32,000 nt of DNA from Candidatus Iainarchaeum sp. (lineage in GTDB: Archaea; Iainarchaeota; Iainarchaeia; Iainarchaeales; 0-14-0-20-34-12): assembly GCA_030649345.1 (NCBI GenBank), contig JAUSKK010000016.1, positions 30,001 to 62,000 on the forward strand, in the 5' to 3' direction. A program made the position numbers and the translations under genes. The first letter of the stretch is position 1, and the number at the start of each line of letters is the position of its first letter. The notes below the pieces were generated by a model, which was not told the origin of the DNA, did no database searches, and saw only the letters and a list, made by a program, of their open reading frames with translations. Shown in pieces: positions 31,245 to 32,000 of this stretch.

Positions 31245-31943
31245 TTATTCAATTCTTGTAATCACATAACAAAAACTATCTGGAATATGAAATTCTTTTA
31301 TAACACGCTTTTTAGAATAGTTTACAATTTTAACTTGAATGCCTGGAATTTTCCTCAGATCATGCAATAATTCCAAATCAGAAGAATTAAACACAATCTT
31401 TCCGCCTATTTTCATTTTTGGCAGCAATCTTTTAACATCGAATGGAATGTTACTTGATTTAGACAAACCATAATGAGAATATGCATAATCAATTTTTTTC
31501 TTGCCAAACAATCTTGGAAAATCGAAACTGCTTTCATGGACAAATTCTACATTTCTGTTTTCTTTCCATTCATCATAAAATTCTTCTGAAAAACCAAAAC
31601 AACGAGCATTCGGAAAAGCTTGTGCCAATTCTGTAATGGCCGTGCCTTTTCCGCAGCCATAATCCACAATCACTGGTTTTTCACTTTTTTGAACTCTAAC
31701 CCGAATGGCTTTCACTAAATCAAAACCAAAAGTTTGACTAATTCTTGCCAAAGAAGAAGAAACCAAACTCCATTGCCTGCCGCTAAATATTCGCGTTGTT
31801 CTAGGCCTTGTTTTTGATTCAAGTTCTGGGCGAAAAATAGTGGCTGTATGTTTTGGATATACTGGCTTTCTGGGCGAATTTCGTTTTCCATATACTGGCA
31901 TACAATCATTAAACTGTTTTTCAATAAAAACCTTCTTTTTCAC
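31245..31943 (-). CDS. Class I SAM-dependent methyltransferase with ~85-aa basic N-terminal extension
   Basis: Motif I 'VIVDYGCGKGTAITEL', post-I acidic 'FGFSEE', 'IDYAYSHYGL'. The track start 31943 is GTG; ATG at 31901 is an alternative. Confidence 0.75.
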   Translation of the reverse strand: MKKKVFIEKQFNDCMPVYGKRNSPRKPVYPKHTATIFRPELESKTRPRTTRIFSGRQWSLVSSSLARISQTFGFDLVKAIRVRVQKSEKPVIVDYGCGKGTAITELAQAFPNARCFGFSEEFYDEWKENRNVEFVHESSFDFPRLFGKKKIDYAYSHYGLSKSSNIPFDVKRLLPKMKIGGKIVFNSSDLELLHDLRKIPGIQVKIVNYSKKRVIKEFHIPDSFCYVITRIE

Positions 31944-32000
31944 CGGAAATACCGGAAGTCTACCTCCGAATTCTTTTTAAATAAAAAAATTCCAATTTGT

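Overview
AT-rich (about one-third G+C by eye, not computed), very densely packed archaeal window with about 35 protein genes. I found no rRNA, tRNA, CRISPR array, transposase or integrase by eye. The archaeal assignment rests on marker genes: KH + beta-CASP aCPSF1, aCPSF2, proteasome beta subunit, archaeal NAC, Fap7-type kinase, an NFACT protein and class III signal-peptide pilins. The small overlapping genes, partial glycolysis and very large surface proteins suggest a DPANN-like small-genome lineage, but that is inference. Left to right the window holds: (1) a type IV pilus-like locus on the minus strand (1-5305) with five pilin-like genes, a coiled-coil protein and the 5' part of a FlaI/PilB-family ATPase that is cut by the window edge; (2) aCPSF2 translationally coupled to an unknown basic protein; (3) two paralogous small proteins with protein-kinase-like motif order flanking a Nudix hydrolase; (4) a PMM/PGM - class I GAPDH - PGK operon; (5) a lipobox protein, a small basic protein, a short NFACT (RqcH-like) protein and a PRC-barrel protein; (6) a surface module with a 116-aa membrane protein, a 1269-aa lipobox/TM-anchored giant and a convergent, 45-nt-overlapping 406-aa beta-sandwich surface protein, followed by Fap7; (7) a 525-bp intergenic region with a G-run tract, a tandem repeat and a 37-codon ORF; (8) a lipobox protein, aCPSF1, proteasome beta, long FKBP, a 478-aa membrane-anchored protein, NAC, a hypothetical protein and a SAM methyltransferase. 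The most interesting non-coding signal is a family of intergenic inverted-repeat elements built on the core GTTGAA(Y)...(R)TTCAAC, with compensatory changes in the arms. Three of the copies are about 64-69 nt long and homologous to each other. Most copies bracket pilus or surface-protein genes. All functional calls come from motif recognition by eye; no searches were run.
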